A stretch of 62,018 nucleotides of DNA, from NCBI GenBank assembly GCA_964344335.1, contig CAYFMW010000005.1, positions 1 to 62,018 on the forward strand, written 5' to 3'. This DNA is from an uncultured Oscillospiraceae bacterium (lineage in GTDB: Bacteria > Bacillota > Clostridia > Peptostreptococcales > Anaerovoracaceae). A program made the position numbers and the translations under genes. Positions 31,617 through 39,990 of the stretch are shown here, piece by piece (position 1 is the stretch's first letter; the number at the start of each line of letters is the position of its first letter). The notes below the pieces were generated by a model. The model was given only the letters and a program-made list of their open reading frames with translations. It made no database searches and was not told where the DNA came from.

Positions 31617-31989
31617 CCATGAGCAGTACATGCAATCGCGGGCGAATCGTGAAGATTCGCGTGAGGAAAGTCCGTGCTCCGCAGGGCGAGGGTGCCGGCT
31701 AACGGCCGGCGGGGGTGACCCCAGGGAAAGTGCAACAGAAAATAACAGCCTTAACAGGCAACGGTGAAAAGGTGAGGTAAGAGCTCACCGGCCTCATGGT
31801 AACATGCGGCGTCAGTGTAAACCCCATCCGGAGCAAGACCGTAAAGGGAGGCAAGTGCCGAAAGGTATACTGCCTGAAAGGGAGCTGCCCGTTCCTTCCC
31901 GGGAAGGTAGGTCGCTTGAGGCCTGTGGTAACACAGGTCCTAGAAAGATGATTGCTTAACACAGAACACGGCTTAAGTGCTGCTCATGG
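31617..31989 (+). ncRNA. rnpB: RNase P RNA
   Basis: It has the universally conserved GAGGAAAGTCCG motif and the 3' ACAGAACACGGCTTA motif. The P1 helix pairs CCATGAGCAG with CTGCTCATGG, followed by a T-run. Confidence 0.9.
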
Positions 31990-32042
31990 TTTTTAAGAAT
32001 TAAACCATTTGAGAACTTAAATTATTGTTATAGGTTAACGAA

Positions 32043-32119
32043 GGAATGTAGCTTGCATTAGGCGAGGCTTAGTACCGTTAGGGAACCGCGGGAGCGTCTC
32101 GCCGTTGCAAGCTACTTCC
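32043..32119. repeat. palindromic intergenic element, copy 2 (short form)
   Basis: GGAATGTAGCTTGCA pairs with TGCAAGCTACTTCC, with an inner GGCGAG/CTCGCC stem. It shares the arm sequence and internal motifs CTTAG and GAACCGC with the element at 5259-5406. Confidence 0.6.
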
Positions 32120-32268
32120 GAAGCTGAAAAATAAATTAATTTTTAATATATCCGCTATATGCAAACTGCAACCGAGCAAATTAAATACAGGATGTTAAAA
32201 AGAGCTTTATTGTGTTATACTTTACGCGTTCTAAAAATCGATAAATCAGCGCAGGGAGGAGATTTCAG

Positions 32269-33048
32269 ATGTTGCTTACTGTAGATGTGGGAAACAGCAA
32301 TATGGTGTTCGGGCTCTTCGAGGGCAATCAGCTGGCGGGCAGTTTTCGCCTCATGAGCGATTCCGGGAGAACTTCCGACGAACTGGGCTTTTCGGTTTGC
32401 GATTACTTTAACCGCTTCAATCTTAAAGTGCAGGATGTGGACGATGTAATAATTTCATCCGTCGCTCCCCGCATAATGAATATCCTCAACGCCGCAATGA
32501 TAAAATATCTGAATAAAAAGCCCCTCGTAATCTACGAGGACATTCATCCCGTCATACCCTGCGAAGTCTCCGGACAACTCGGAGCCGACAGGGCGGTTTC
32601 ATGCATAGCCGCAATGGAAAAGTACGGCACGCCTCTAATAATCCTCGATTTCGGGACGGCGACAACCATCGATGCCTTAAGCAAAGAAGGCAACTATCTT
32701 GGCGGATGCATCCTTGCGGGTCTTAGAACTTCGAACGATGCACTGTTTAAACAGGCGGCCATGCTGCCTCAGATTGAGCTCGTCGCACCCGATACCGTCC
32801 TGGGTCTGGATACGATTACGCAAATACAGATCGGCTCAATTCTTGGCTACATAGGCGGCATGAAATATCTCGTCGAGCGCACTAAGGAAGAGATGGGCTG
32901 CGGCGACGAAGTGAAGGTCATCGGCGAAGGCGGCCTCGTCCACCTCGTCGCAGGCAACAGTAGCTTTATCGATATTGTAGATGACAATCTTATCTTAGAC
33001 GGTCTTAGAATACTCTACGAAAGATTTAAAAAAGGCGAGCGGCGCTAG
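32269..33048 (+). CDS. coaX: type III pantothenate kinase
   Basis: LLTVDVGNSN.. and DFGTATT motifs. Confidence 0.92.
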   Translation: MLLTVDVGNSNMVFGLFEGNQLAGSFRLMSDSGRTSDELGFSVCDYFNRFNLKVQDVDDVIISSVAPRIMNILNAAMIKYLNKKPLVIYEDIHPVIPCEVSGQLGADRAVSCIAAMEKYGTPLIILDFGTATTIDALSKEGNYLGGCILAGLRTSNDALFKQAAMLPQIELVAPDTVLGLDTITQIQIGSILGYIGGMKYLVERTKEEMGCGDEVKVIGEGGLVHLVAGNSSFIDIVDDNLILDGLRILYERFKKGERR

Positions 33049-33512
33049 GCTTTCAATGCCTCTTCGAGCGCCTGATCCAAGTCGGCGATAATGTCGTCGG
33101 CATCTTCGAGTCCCACCGAGAGCCTTATGAGATTCTTTGAAAATCCGGCCTCGATCATCTCTTCCTCGCTGAAGTTGCTGTGGGTCATGCTTCCCGGATG
33201 CTCTATCAGGGTCTCGCAATCCCCTAAAGAAACCGCGAGGATGCAGAGCTTTACATTATTCATCATGCGTTCGGCAATCTGCGGGTTTTCAAGTTCAAAG
33301 GCAATCATTCCGCCCGTGTAGGCGAGCTGTTTTTTTGCAAGCCTGTATTGCGGATGCGACTTGAGTCCCGCATAGTAAACCGCTTCAACACCGTCTCTGG
33401 CTTCGAGCCAGGTTGAAGTCTGGAATATCGGCATTTGAAGAGATCCGAAAGGGTTCTCGATCTCCCTTTTACCGTGGATAAGTTTCGTTGAAATCGCAAG
33501 TTCTTTAGTCAT
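33045..33512 (-). pseudogene. internally deleted remnant of a Cys/Met-metabolism PLP enzyme (methionine gamma-lyase / O-acetylhomoserine sulfhydrylase family)
   Basis: 155 aa. The N-terminal motif TKLIHG..PIFQTST joins directly at W35 (33408-33410) to the C-terminal region LEARDGVEAVYYAGLKSHPQ..AVSLG..MTH..IRLSVGLED. The roughly 250-aa core carrying the PLP lysine is absent. Confidence 0.7.
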
Positions 33513-33649
33513 ATAGGGCTCCTTTCGCGCAAAAAAATTTACCTAAATTAAAATATCAATGTCGTACAGATAAAAAATCATAACTTGTATAAAATTATAT
33601 GATTTTAATCGAATAATACAATCGTGCTATCGGCCATTTGGAATCCGTC

Positions 33650-33678
33650 TTGCAATGAACTGCCGGGCAAGTTATAAT
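33650..33678 (+). promoter_or_regulatory. consensus-like promoter for xth
   Basis: TTGCAA, a 17-nt spacer, then TATAAT. Confidence 0.6.
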
Positions 33679-33738
33679 GCGCTTGTAAGGGGCAGGTATA
33701 TTCCTGCCCTGCGTGTTTTGAGATAAATGGAGAAAAGG

Positions 33739-34497
33739 ATGAAGTTAATTACTTGGAATGTCAACGGAATAAGAGCTGCCATTAAGAAGGGTTTTACGGA
33801 ATATGTGCGGGAGGCTGATGCCGATATCTTCTGCGTGCAGGAGACGAAGTGCCAGATAGGCCAGGTGGAGCTGCGGGGAGATTTGCCCGATTACCATCAA
33901 TACTGGAACAGCGCCGATAAGAAAGGCTATTCCGGCACTGCCGTCTTTACGAAGGAAAGACCTCTTTATGCGCTGTACGATATAGAAGCGGTGGGTCACG
34001 ACGACGAGGGCAGAGCGATAACCCTGGAATACCCCGATTTTTACTTTGTAACGAACTACACTCCGAATGCTCAGCCGGAGCTTGCGCGCCTCGATTACAG
34101 GCTGAGCTGGGAGGCTGCAAATCGCGACTATCTTAAGAGTTTGGATGAAAAGAAACCGGTGATTCTCTGCGGGGATCTGAATGTCGCTCATAACGAAATA
34201 GATCTGGCGCGTCCCGAATCCAACCGCCAAAATCCCGGCTTTTCCGACGAGGAGCGCGAAGCTTTCGGACAATTGCTGGAGCTGGGCTTTACGGATGCAT
34301 ACAGGTATCTGTATCCCGACAAGGTCGAATACAGCTGGTGGAGCTATCGCATGAACGCCCGCGCAAACAATGTGGGCTGGAGAATCGACTACTTTGTTGT
34401 CTCCGATCGTCTGGCGGATAAAATTGAGGATGTGCGCATAAGAAGCGATATTTTCGGCAGCGATCATTGCCCGGTGGAACTTTATATCGATCTGTAG
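33739..34497 (+). CDS. xth: exodeoxyribonuclease III
   Basis: MKLITWNVNGIRA.., GDLNVAH and SDHCPV motifs. The ATG at 33739 has a GGAGAAAAGG RBS. Confidence 0.93.
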   Translation: MKLITWNVNGIRAAIKKGFTEYVREADADIFCVQETKCQIGQVELRGDLPDYHQYWNSADKKGYSGTAVFTKERPLYALYDIEAVGHDDEGRAITLEYPDFYFVTNYTPNAQPELARLDYRLSWEAANRDYLKSLDEKKPVILCGDLNVAHNEIDLARPESNRQNPGFSDEEREAFGQLLELGFTDAYRYLYPDKVEYSWWSYRMNARANNVGWRIDYFVVSDRLADKIEDVRIRSDIFGSDHCPVELYIDL

Positions 34498-34565
34498 CTC
34501 AGAGCGAAGATTGTAGTCGATTCAAGGATTACAGAGTTTGCAGGGGAGCCGATGAATCGCCTCGG

Positions 34566-34595
34566 TTGCAAGAAACCGAAATTATATGATATTAT
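34566..34595 (+). promoter_or_regulatory. promoter for the yebC-family gene
   Basis: TTGCAA, an 18-nt spacer, then TATTAT with an extended TG. Confidence 0.5.
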
Positions 34596-34628
34596 TTATC
34601 CAATAGTTAACAGGAAGGAGTGATTCCC

Positions 34629-35351
34629 TTGGGAAGACACGGTACAATCGCCGGCAGAAAGGCTGCACAGGATGCCAAAAGAGCCGCGATATTCACTAAA
34701 TACGGAAGATTGATATCCGTAGCGGCAAAGGACGGAGCGGATCCGGATTACAACCCTACGCTAAGGCAGGCCATAGATAAGGCCAAGGGTATGGGAATGC
34801 CCAACGACAACATAGACAGAGCGATTAAAAAGGGAAGCGGCGAGCTCGGGGGACAGGACTTCGAAAATATAACTTTCGAAGGTTACGGGCCGTCGGGCGT
34901 CGCAATCATCGTAGAGACGCTCACGGATAACAGGAACAGAACGACAGCGAATGTAAAACATGCATTCGATAAATACAACGGAAGCTTCGGCGTGCCGGGT
35001 TGCGTATCATATATGTTCTCCAGAAAAGGGGTCTTTATCTTCGATAAGGAGGACGGGATAACGGAGGATGATCTGATGGAGCTCGCTCTCGACGCCGGCG
35101 CCGACGACATCGTTGAATACGAGGACAGCTTCGAGGTAAGCTGCGGAGCGGAGCTCTTTTCCGACATATCGGATGTCTTCGAAAAAGAAGGCTTAAAGCC
35201 TATAGAAGCGGATATAGTGATGGTCCCCTCGGTCGAGAGCAGTCCGGAAAAGGAAGAAGACATAAAGGACCTCAAAAAGATAATCGAGCTGTTGGAAGGC
35301 GATGACGATGTGCAGAATGTTTTCACCAACAGCAATGTGGATTTAAGCTGA
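34629..35351 (+). CDS. YebC/PmpR family DNA-binding transcriptional regulator
   Basis: KAAQDAKRAAIFTKYGR.. and NIDRAIKKG motifs. I chose the TTG at 34629, 8 nt after AGGAAGGAG. Confidence 0.88.
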   Translation: MGRHGTIAGRKAAQDAKRAAIFTKYGRLISVAAKDGADPDYNPTLRQAIDKAKGMGMPNDNIDRAIKKGSGELGGQDFENITFEGYGPSGVAIIVETLTDNRNRTTANVKHAFDKYNGSFGVPGCVSYMFSRKGVFIFDKEDGITEDDLMELALDAGADDIVEYEDSFEVSCGAELFSDISDVFEKEGLKPIEADIVMVPSVESSPEKEEDIKDLKKIIELLEGDDDVQNVFTNSNVDLS

Positions 35352-35561
35352 TAAAGCGTTGACATTAATCCTGGGGTGTGCGTTAAGGCTATTAATTCAA
35401 CCTACAATTCATTCTTGGGATGCCGGATGTCGGCCTTTGAGTATGTCGGGCCGCCCCCGAGCGGAAGGCAGAAAAAAGTTCGCAGGCGACCCACCTATCT
35501 ACAGATAGGGCGTGAATTGAAGCCTGACGGCATCTCCGGGATTATATTACGGCAGAGCTGA

Positions 35562-36116
35562 ATGGACGATACTGAAATCAGGAAATATATAGAGAGAGCG
35601 ATCGAAGGCGACGAAGATTCCTTTGCCGCTCTCATTTCTTTTGTCCAAAATAAGGCCTATGCGATAGCGTACAGGTACATGAAGAACGATGCGGATGCCC
35701 GCGATGCCATGCAGGAGGCATTCATAAAAATGTATCTGAACCTGAGCAGCTTCGGGTACCGAAGCAAGTTCGAGACCTGGTTCTACAGAATCCTTATAAA
35801 CTGCTGCCTAGATGCTCTCAGAAAGAGACGATTCGAAGGCGATATCGACGAGAGCTTCGATATTGCGGACGAGAGTCCGGGCGCCCCTGAGCAATTGATT
35901 TTAAAAGAGCGCCGGGAAGCGCTCAGAAGAGCGATAGACAGCCTCAGCGAGGATCACAGAAGCATTATTATACTTCGCGAATTGGAGGGGCTAAGCTACG
36001 AGGAGATAGCTCAGAGCTTGGAAATTCAGCCCGGCACGGTCAAGTCGAGGCTTTCGCGGGCGAAAGAGAACCTAAAGAAGATATTGCTGGAACAAAACCC
36101 CGAAATGAGCGTCTAA
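35562..36116 (+). CDS. ECF-type RNA polymerase sigma factor
   Basis: Region 2 (FETWFYRILINCCLDALRK) and region 4 (LSYEEIAQSLEIQPGTVKSRLSRAKENL) are present. Confidence 0.9.
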   Translation: MDDTEIRKYIERAIEGDEDSFAALISFVQNKAYAIAYRYMKNDADARDAMQEAFIKMYLNLSSFGYRSKFETWFYRILINCCLDALRKRRFEGDIDESFDIADESPGAPEQLILKERREALRRAIDSLSEDHRSIIILRELEGLSYEEIAQSLEIQPGTVKSRLSRAKENLKKILLEQNPEMSV

Positions 36117-36124
36117 TAAGCGAG

Positions 36125-36769
36125 ATGAAAAGAGAAAAGGACTATAAATTAATAGATGAACTTCTTGCCGAAGTCCCCGAAGTGGAGATTCCCGAAGATC
36201 TTCATTTTGACGCATCTCTGATTATGAAGCTTGCCGAAGAGAGGCGCAGTCCCGAGCGCGAGGAGATCCGCTTATCGAGGACGAGGAGCCCGAGGCGCAT
36301 GCGCATGGTTGCAGGGCTTTGCGCATCCTTTGTTGTGCTGGCGGGCGTCGCGTATTTCGGTCTCAATAATTTGAGAATGGGAGGCATGAAGTCTGAGGCA
36401 CTGCCCGAAGCGGTCGATTCGATTGCACCGGCCGAAGTAAATAAAGCTGCGAGTGATTTCGATTCCGAGTGGAAGGCCGGACAGGAGCAACCCTGCTACA
36501 GTGGATATGATGTTCAGAAGATGCAGCCTAACATGGACGAACATCCCGATTGGTACGAGATGCTCTGGACGGCTCTCGAAGACGAGAGCTTTGCGGAGGA
36601 GTTCAGGGCTGCCGACCCGGGATACGGTTTTTATATCTGCGAGCTCCACGATACTGCAGAAAGCATCGAATTTATGATATACTTTTATCCGGAATCAAGT
36701 GTACAGGGATTCGATTGCGAAAATATTAACAATGCGGATATCAGGAGCATCCTATGGAAGAAAGAATAG
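36125..36769 (+). CDS. putative single-pass anti-sigma factor
   Basis: It lies immediately downstream of the ECF sigma gene. It has one TM segment (MVAGLCASFVVLAGVAYFGL) and no zinc-binding HxxxCxxC motif. Confidence 0.55.
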   Translation: MKREKDYKLIDELLAEVPEVEIPEDLHFDASLIMKLAEERRSPEREEIRLSRTRSPRRMRMVAGLCASFVVLAGVAYFGLNNLRMGGMKSEALPEAVDSIAPAEVNKAASDFDSEWKAGQEQPCYSGYDVQKMQPNMDEHPDWYEMLWTALEDESFAEEFRAADPGYGFYICELHDTAESIEFMIYFYPESSVQGFDCENINNADIRSILWKKE

Positions 36770-39384
36770 TAATAATCGACGCTAACAGCCTTGTAAACAG
36801 GGCCTATTACGCAATCCGAAGACCCATGATAACAAAGGACGGGCTGTACACGCACGGCGTGTACGGCTTTATTTCTATGCTTCAAAAGATACGCAGGGAA
36901 TATGAACCCACCCACATGCTCATAGCCTTCGACAAAAAAGGCCCCACATTCAGGCACGAAGAGTACGAGGGCTATAAGGAAGGTCGCGCAAAGATGCCTC
37001 CGGAACTCGCGATGCAGATTCCCGTGCTCAAGGAAGTTATAGATGCCATGGGTATAAGGCGCTGCGAGCTCGACGGATACGAGGCGGACGATATAATAGG
37101 CACAACCGCAAAGATGGCCGAGGCGGAGGGCCTGCCAGCTTTCATCATAACCGGCGACCGCGATGCGCTGCAGCTTGCTACCGAAGCGACCTCGGTGGTG
37201 ATAACCGTCAAGGGGATATCCGAATTTAAACTCTACGACGATGCCGCGATGTTTGAGGAGTACGGTTTCGACCATAATCTATTTATAGATTACAAGGGAC
37301 TCGCCGGGGACAGCTCAGACAGGATTCCGGGAATCCCAGGGGTGGGAGATGTAACCGCAAGAAAGCTCATTAAAGAATTCGGAAGTCTCGAGGATATAAT
37401 TGCTAATGCCGACAAGATAGAGAGCAAGAGCGTCAGAAATAAGGTAGAGGAGGGGGCTCAGCTAGGGCTTATGAGCAAGCGCCTTGCGACCATAGTCACG
37501 AATCTTCCCGTCGGATACAGCGTGGAAGAATGCAGGATAGGCGAGCAGGATAATAACAGACTCATAGAGCTCTACTCAAGGCTCGAATTTAAAACCTTCA
37601 TGAGCAAGCTCGTGGAGGAGCTCGCAAAGGATTCTTCGCAGAGCGAATTAGCGGCGCAGGATGACGAGACGATTGCGGCCTTGCCTGTCCAGGAGCTTAG
37701 CGACGCGTTTCTTATGGGCCTCAGGGACGGTCAGGAAATCTGGATTGATGTAATTTCCGATTTTTCTCATACGGAGAATCCGAGTCTGGAGGGCATGGAA
37801 TTAAGCGACGAAAAGACGGTTTATACGGGCTTTGCGGACCCAAGCCTGCTTTCCGGAAAGGCACTCAAGCTTTGCGGCTACGAGCTCGGAAAGGTCTACT
37901 ATGTACTCGCAAGGCATGGAGTTGACATCTCGAAGATGCAGACCGCATACGATGGAGATATCGCCCGATATGTACTATCGCCATCGGGGAGATCTTCGGG
38001 ACTGAGGGATCTAATATTCGAATACTTTCACCTTGATATAGAGCAGCAGGCCGCCGGTGAGCAGATAGCCATGTTCAAGCGGGCGGACTCCAACGCCGGA
38101 CTTAAATACGCCTGTCTGAAGGCCCTGAGAGCGCTTCAGGAAAGAGAGATCGCCGGGGCGCAGCTGGAGAAGCTTTATTCGCAGATTGAGCTTCCTTTGT
38201 GTCGCGTGCTCGCCGAGATGGAGCTTTCCGGAATCGATGTGGATGCCGAGGTGCTGGAAAATTTCGGCGAAAAGCTGAAAGTCGGAATTGCTGAGCTCGA
38301 GAAGGAAATTTACGAGCTTGCGGGCGAGGAGTTCAATGTCAATTCTCCTCAGCAGCTGGGGGTTATTCTCTTTGAAAAACTGAATCTGCCCAGCGGAAAG
38401 AAGACGAAGACGGGTTATTCGACCAGCGCGGACATATTGGAAAAACTGGCGAAAGAACATCCCATTGCGGAGAAGGTCCTCGAATTCAGGACTTTGTCAA
38501 AGCTCAATTCCACCTATGTTGAAGGGATGTTGCCGTTAATTGCGGAGGACGGGCGGATTCACGCGCATTTTCAGCAGACGGTGACCGCTACCGGAAGAAT
38601 CAGTTGCACGGAGCCCAACCTTCAGAATATTCCCATAAAGCAGGAGCTGGGAAGGCAGCTGCGCAAGGCGTTTACGGCCGGCTCCGGCGATATGGTTCTT
38701 ATAGGCGCGGACTATTCGCAGATAGAGCTTCGGGTTCTTGCGCATATGTCCGGCGACCCGACTCTGATTGCCGCCTTCAATGAAGGCAAGGATATACACA
38801 AAGAGACCGCTTCCAGAATATTCGGGGTGCCCGAAGGCGATGTTACGCCGCTGATGCGTTCTAATGCGAAAGCTATAAATTTCGGCGTTATTTACGGAAT
38901 GAGCAGCTTCGGACTCGGGGACAGGCTTTCTATTTCAAGAAGAGAAGCGGAGGATTACATAAAAGAGTATTTTCGTCGTTTTCCGAAGGTTAAGGAATTT
39001 TTGGACGAGGCTGTTGAGAGCTGCAAGAAGAGCGGTGAGATACGCACGCTATTCGGACGCAGGCGTCGGGTTCCGGAGATAAATGCGCGGCAGTACATGG
39101 TTCGCCAGGCGGGCGAGAGGCTCGCCATGAACACGCCCATACAGGGTACAGCGGCGGATATAATTAAAATCGCCATGATAAGAGTCGCCGAGGCTTTAAA
39201 GACGGAATGTCCGGCAGCCGAACTTATACTTCAAATCCATGACGAGCTCATCGTTAGGGCACCAAAGGAGCATGCCGAAAGTGCAAAGCTTCTTCTTGCG
39301 GAGTCTATGCAAAATGCCGCTTGCCTCGATGTAAATCTCGTTGTAGACTTAAATTCGGGCGAAAATTGGTACGCTCTGAAATAG
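36754..39384 (+). CDS. polA: DNA polymerase I
   Basis: 5'-nuclease domain, a 3'-5' exonuclease-like domain and polymerase motifs (DYSQIELR, QVHDEL-like IHDELI). It overlaps the upstream ORF by 16 nt. Confidence 0.96.
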   Translation: MEERIVIIDANSLVNRAYYAIRRPMITKDGLYTHGVYGFISMLQKIRREYEPTHMLIAFDKKGPTFRHEEYEGYKEGRAKMPPELAMQIPVLKEVIDAMGIRRCELDGYEADDIIGTTAKMAEAEGLPAFIITGDRDALQLATEATSVVITVKGISEFKLYDDAAMFEEYGFDHNLFIDYKGLAGDSSDRIPGIPGVGDVTARKLIKEFGSLEDIIANADKIESKSVRNKVEEGAQLGLMSKRLATIVTNLPVGYSVEECRIGEQDNNRLIELYSRLEFKTFMSKLVEELAKDSSQSELAAQDDETIAALPVQELSDAFLMGLRDGQEIWIDVISDFSHTENPSLEGMELSDEKTVYTGFADPSLLSGKALKLCGYELGKVYYVLARHGVDISKMQTAYDGDIARYVLSPSGRSSGLRDLIFEYFHLDIEQQAAGEQIAMFKRADSNAGLKYACLKALRALQEREIAGAQLEKLYSQIELPLCRVLAEMELSGIDVDAEVLENFGEKLKVGIAELEKEIYELAGEEFNVNSPQQLGVILFEKLNLPSGKKTKTGYSTSADILEKLAKEHPIAEKVLEFRTLSKLNSTYVEGMLPLIAEDGRIHAHFQQTVTATGRISCTEPNLQNIPIKQELGRQLRKAFTAGSGDMVLIGADYSQIELRVLAHMSGDPTLIAAFNEGKDIHKETASRIFGVPEGDVTPLMRSNAKAINFGVIYGMSSFGLGDRLSISRREAEDYIKEYFRRFPKVKEFLDEAVESCKKSGEIRTLFGRRRRVPEINARQYMVRQAGERLAMNTPIQGTAADIIKIAMIRVAEALKTECPAAELILQIHDELIVRAPKEHAESAKLLLAESMQNAACLDVNLVVDLNSGENWYALK

Positions 39385-39394
39385 GAGGATATCG

Positions 39395-39988
39395 ATGTTA
39401 TACGGACTTACCGGAGGAATGGGTTCCGGCAAGAGTGCGGCAGCTTCAATTCTGAGGGAAATGGGCTATAAGGTGATGGATGCCGATCAGCTGAGCAGAG
39501 ATGTGACTCGTAAGGGTCAACCTTTGCTTCGTTTACTTGTAAAGGAATTCGGGATAGATATAATCAGGCAGGATGGAGAGCTGGACAGAAATCTCTTAGC
39601 CGACATATGCTTCGGCGACAGAGAAAAAACGCGCAGGCTCAACGAATTCGTGCAGACGGCAATACTCTGCCGGGCCTGCGAGAGAGCATATAAATACAGG
39701 ATAAAGAACGGAAACAAGGTCCTGTTTTTTGAAGTTCCTCTGCTCTTTGAAGCGGGTTGGGATAAATATGTGCAAGAGGTTTGGCTTGTGACCGCACCGG
39801 AAGACCTTCGAATCGAGAGGATTAAAAAACGCGATAATCTAAGCGAGGAGCAGATACGGGCCCGTATTCGCCTGCAGATGAGCGAAGAGGAAAAGATGAA
39901 GATGTCCGATGTCATAATTATAAACGATGAAGGTATAGGAAAGCTTCGAATGGAGCTTCAAAAAGCAATAAAAGAAAGGCTGGTATAG
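39395..39988 (+). CDS. coaE: dephospho-CoA kinase
   Basis: GLTGGMGSGKS P-loop, in the polA-coaE synteny. Confidence 0.92.
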   Translation: MLYGLTGGMGSGKSAAASILREMGYKVMDADQLSRDVTRKGQPLLRLLVKEFGIDIIRQDGELDRNLLADICFGDREKTRRLNEFVQTAILCRACERAYKYRIKNGNKVLFFEVPLLFEAGWDKYVQEVWLVTAPEDLRIERIKKRDNLSEEQIRARIRLQMSEEEKMKMSDVIIINDEGIGKLRMELQKAIKERLV

Positions 39989-39990
39989 GG

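Noticed and set aside
31699-31962. 87-aa minus-strand ORF
   Set aside because: It lies entirely within RNase P RNA.
35359-35364. TTGACA hexamer after yebC as a promoter for the ECF operon
   Set aside because: No acceptable -10 hexamer lies at 16-19 nt; the best candidate is GTTAAG.
35376-35561. 61-aa GTG-initiated ORF ending at the ECF sigma start codon
   Set aside because: It has no RBS, odd composition (runs of P and R) and no recognisable family. The region is better explained as a 5' leader. It is kept only as part of the leader finding.
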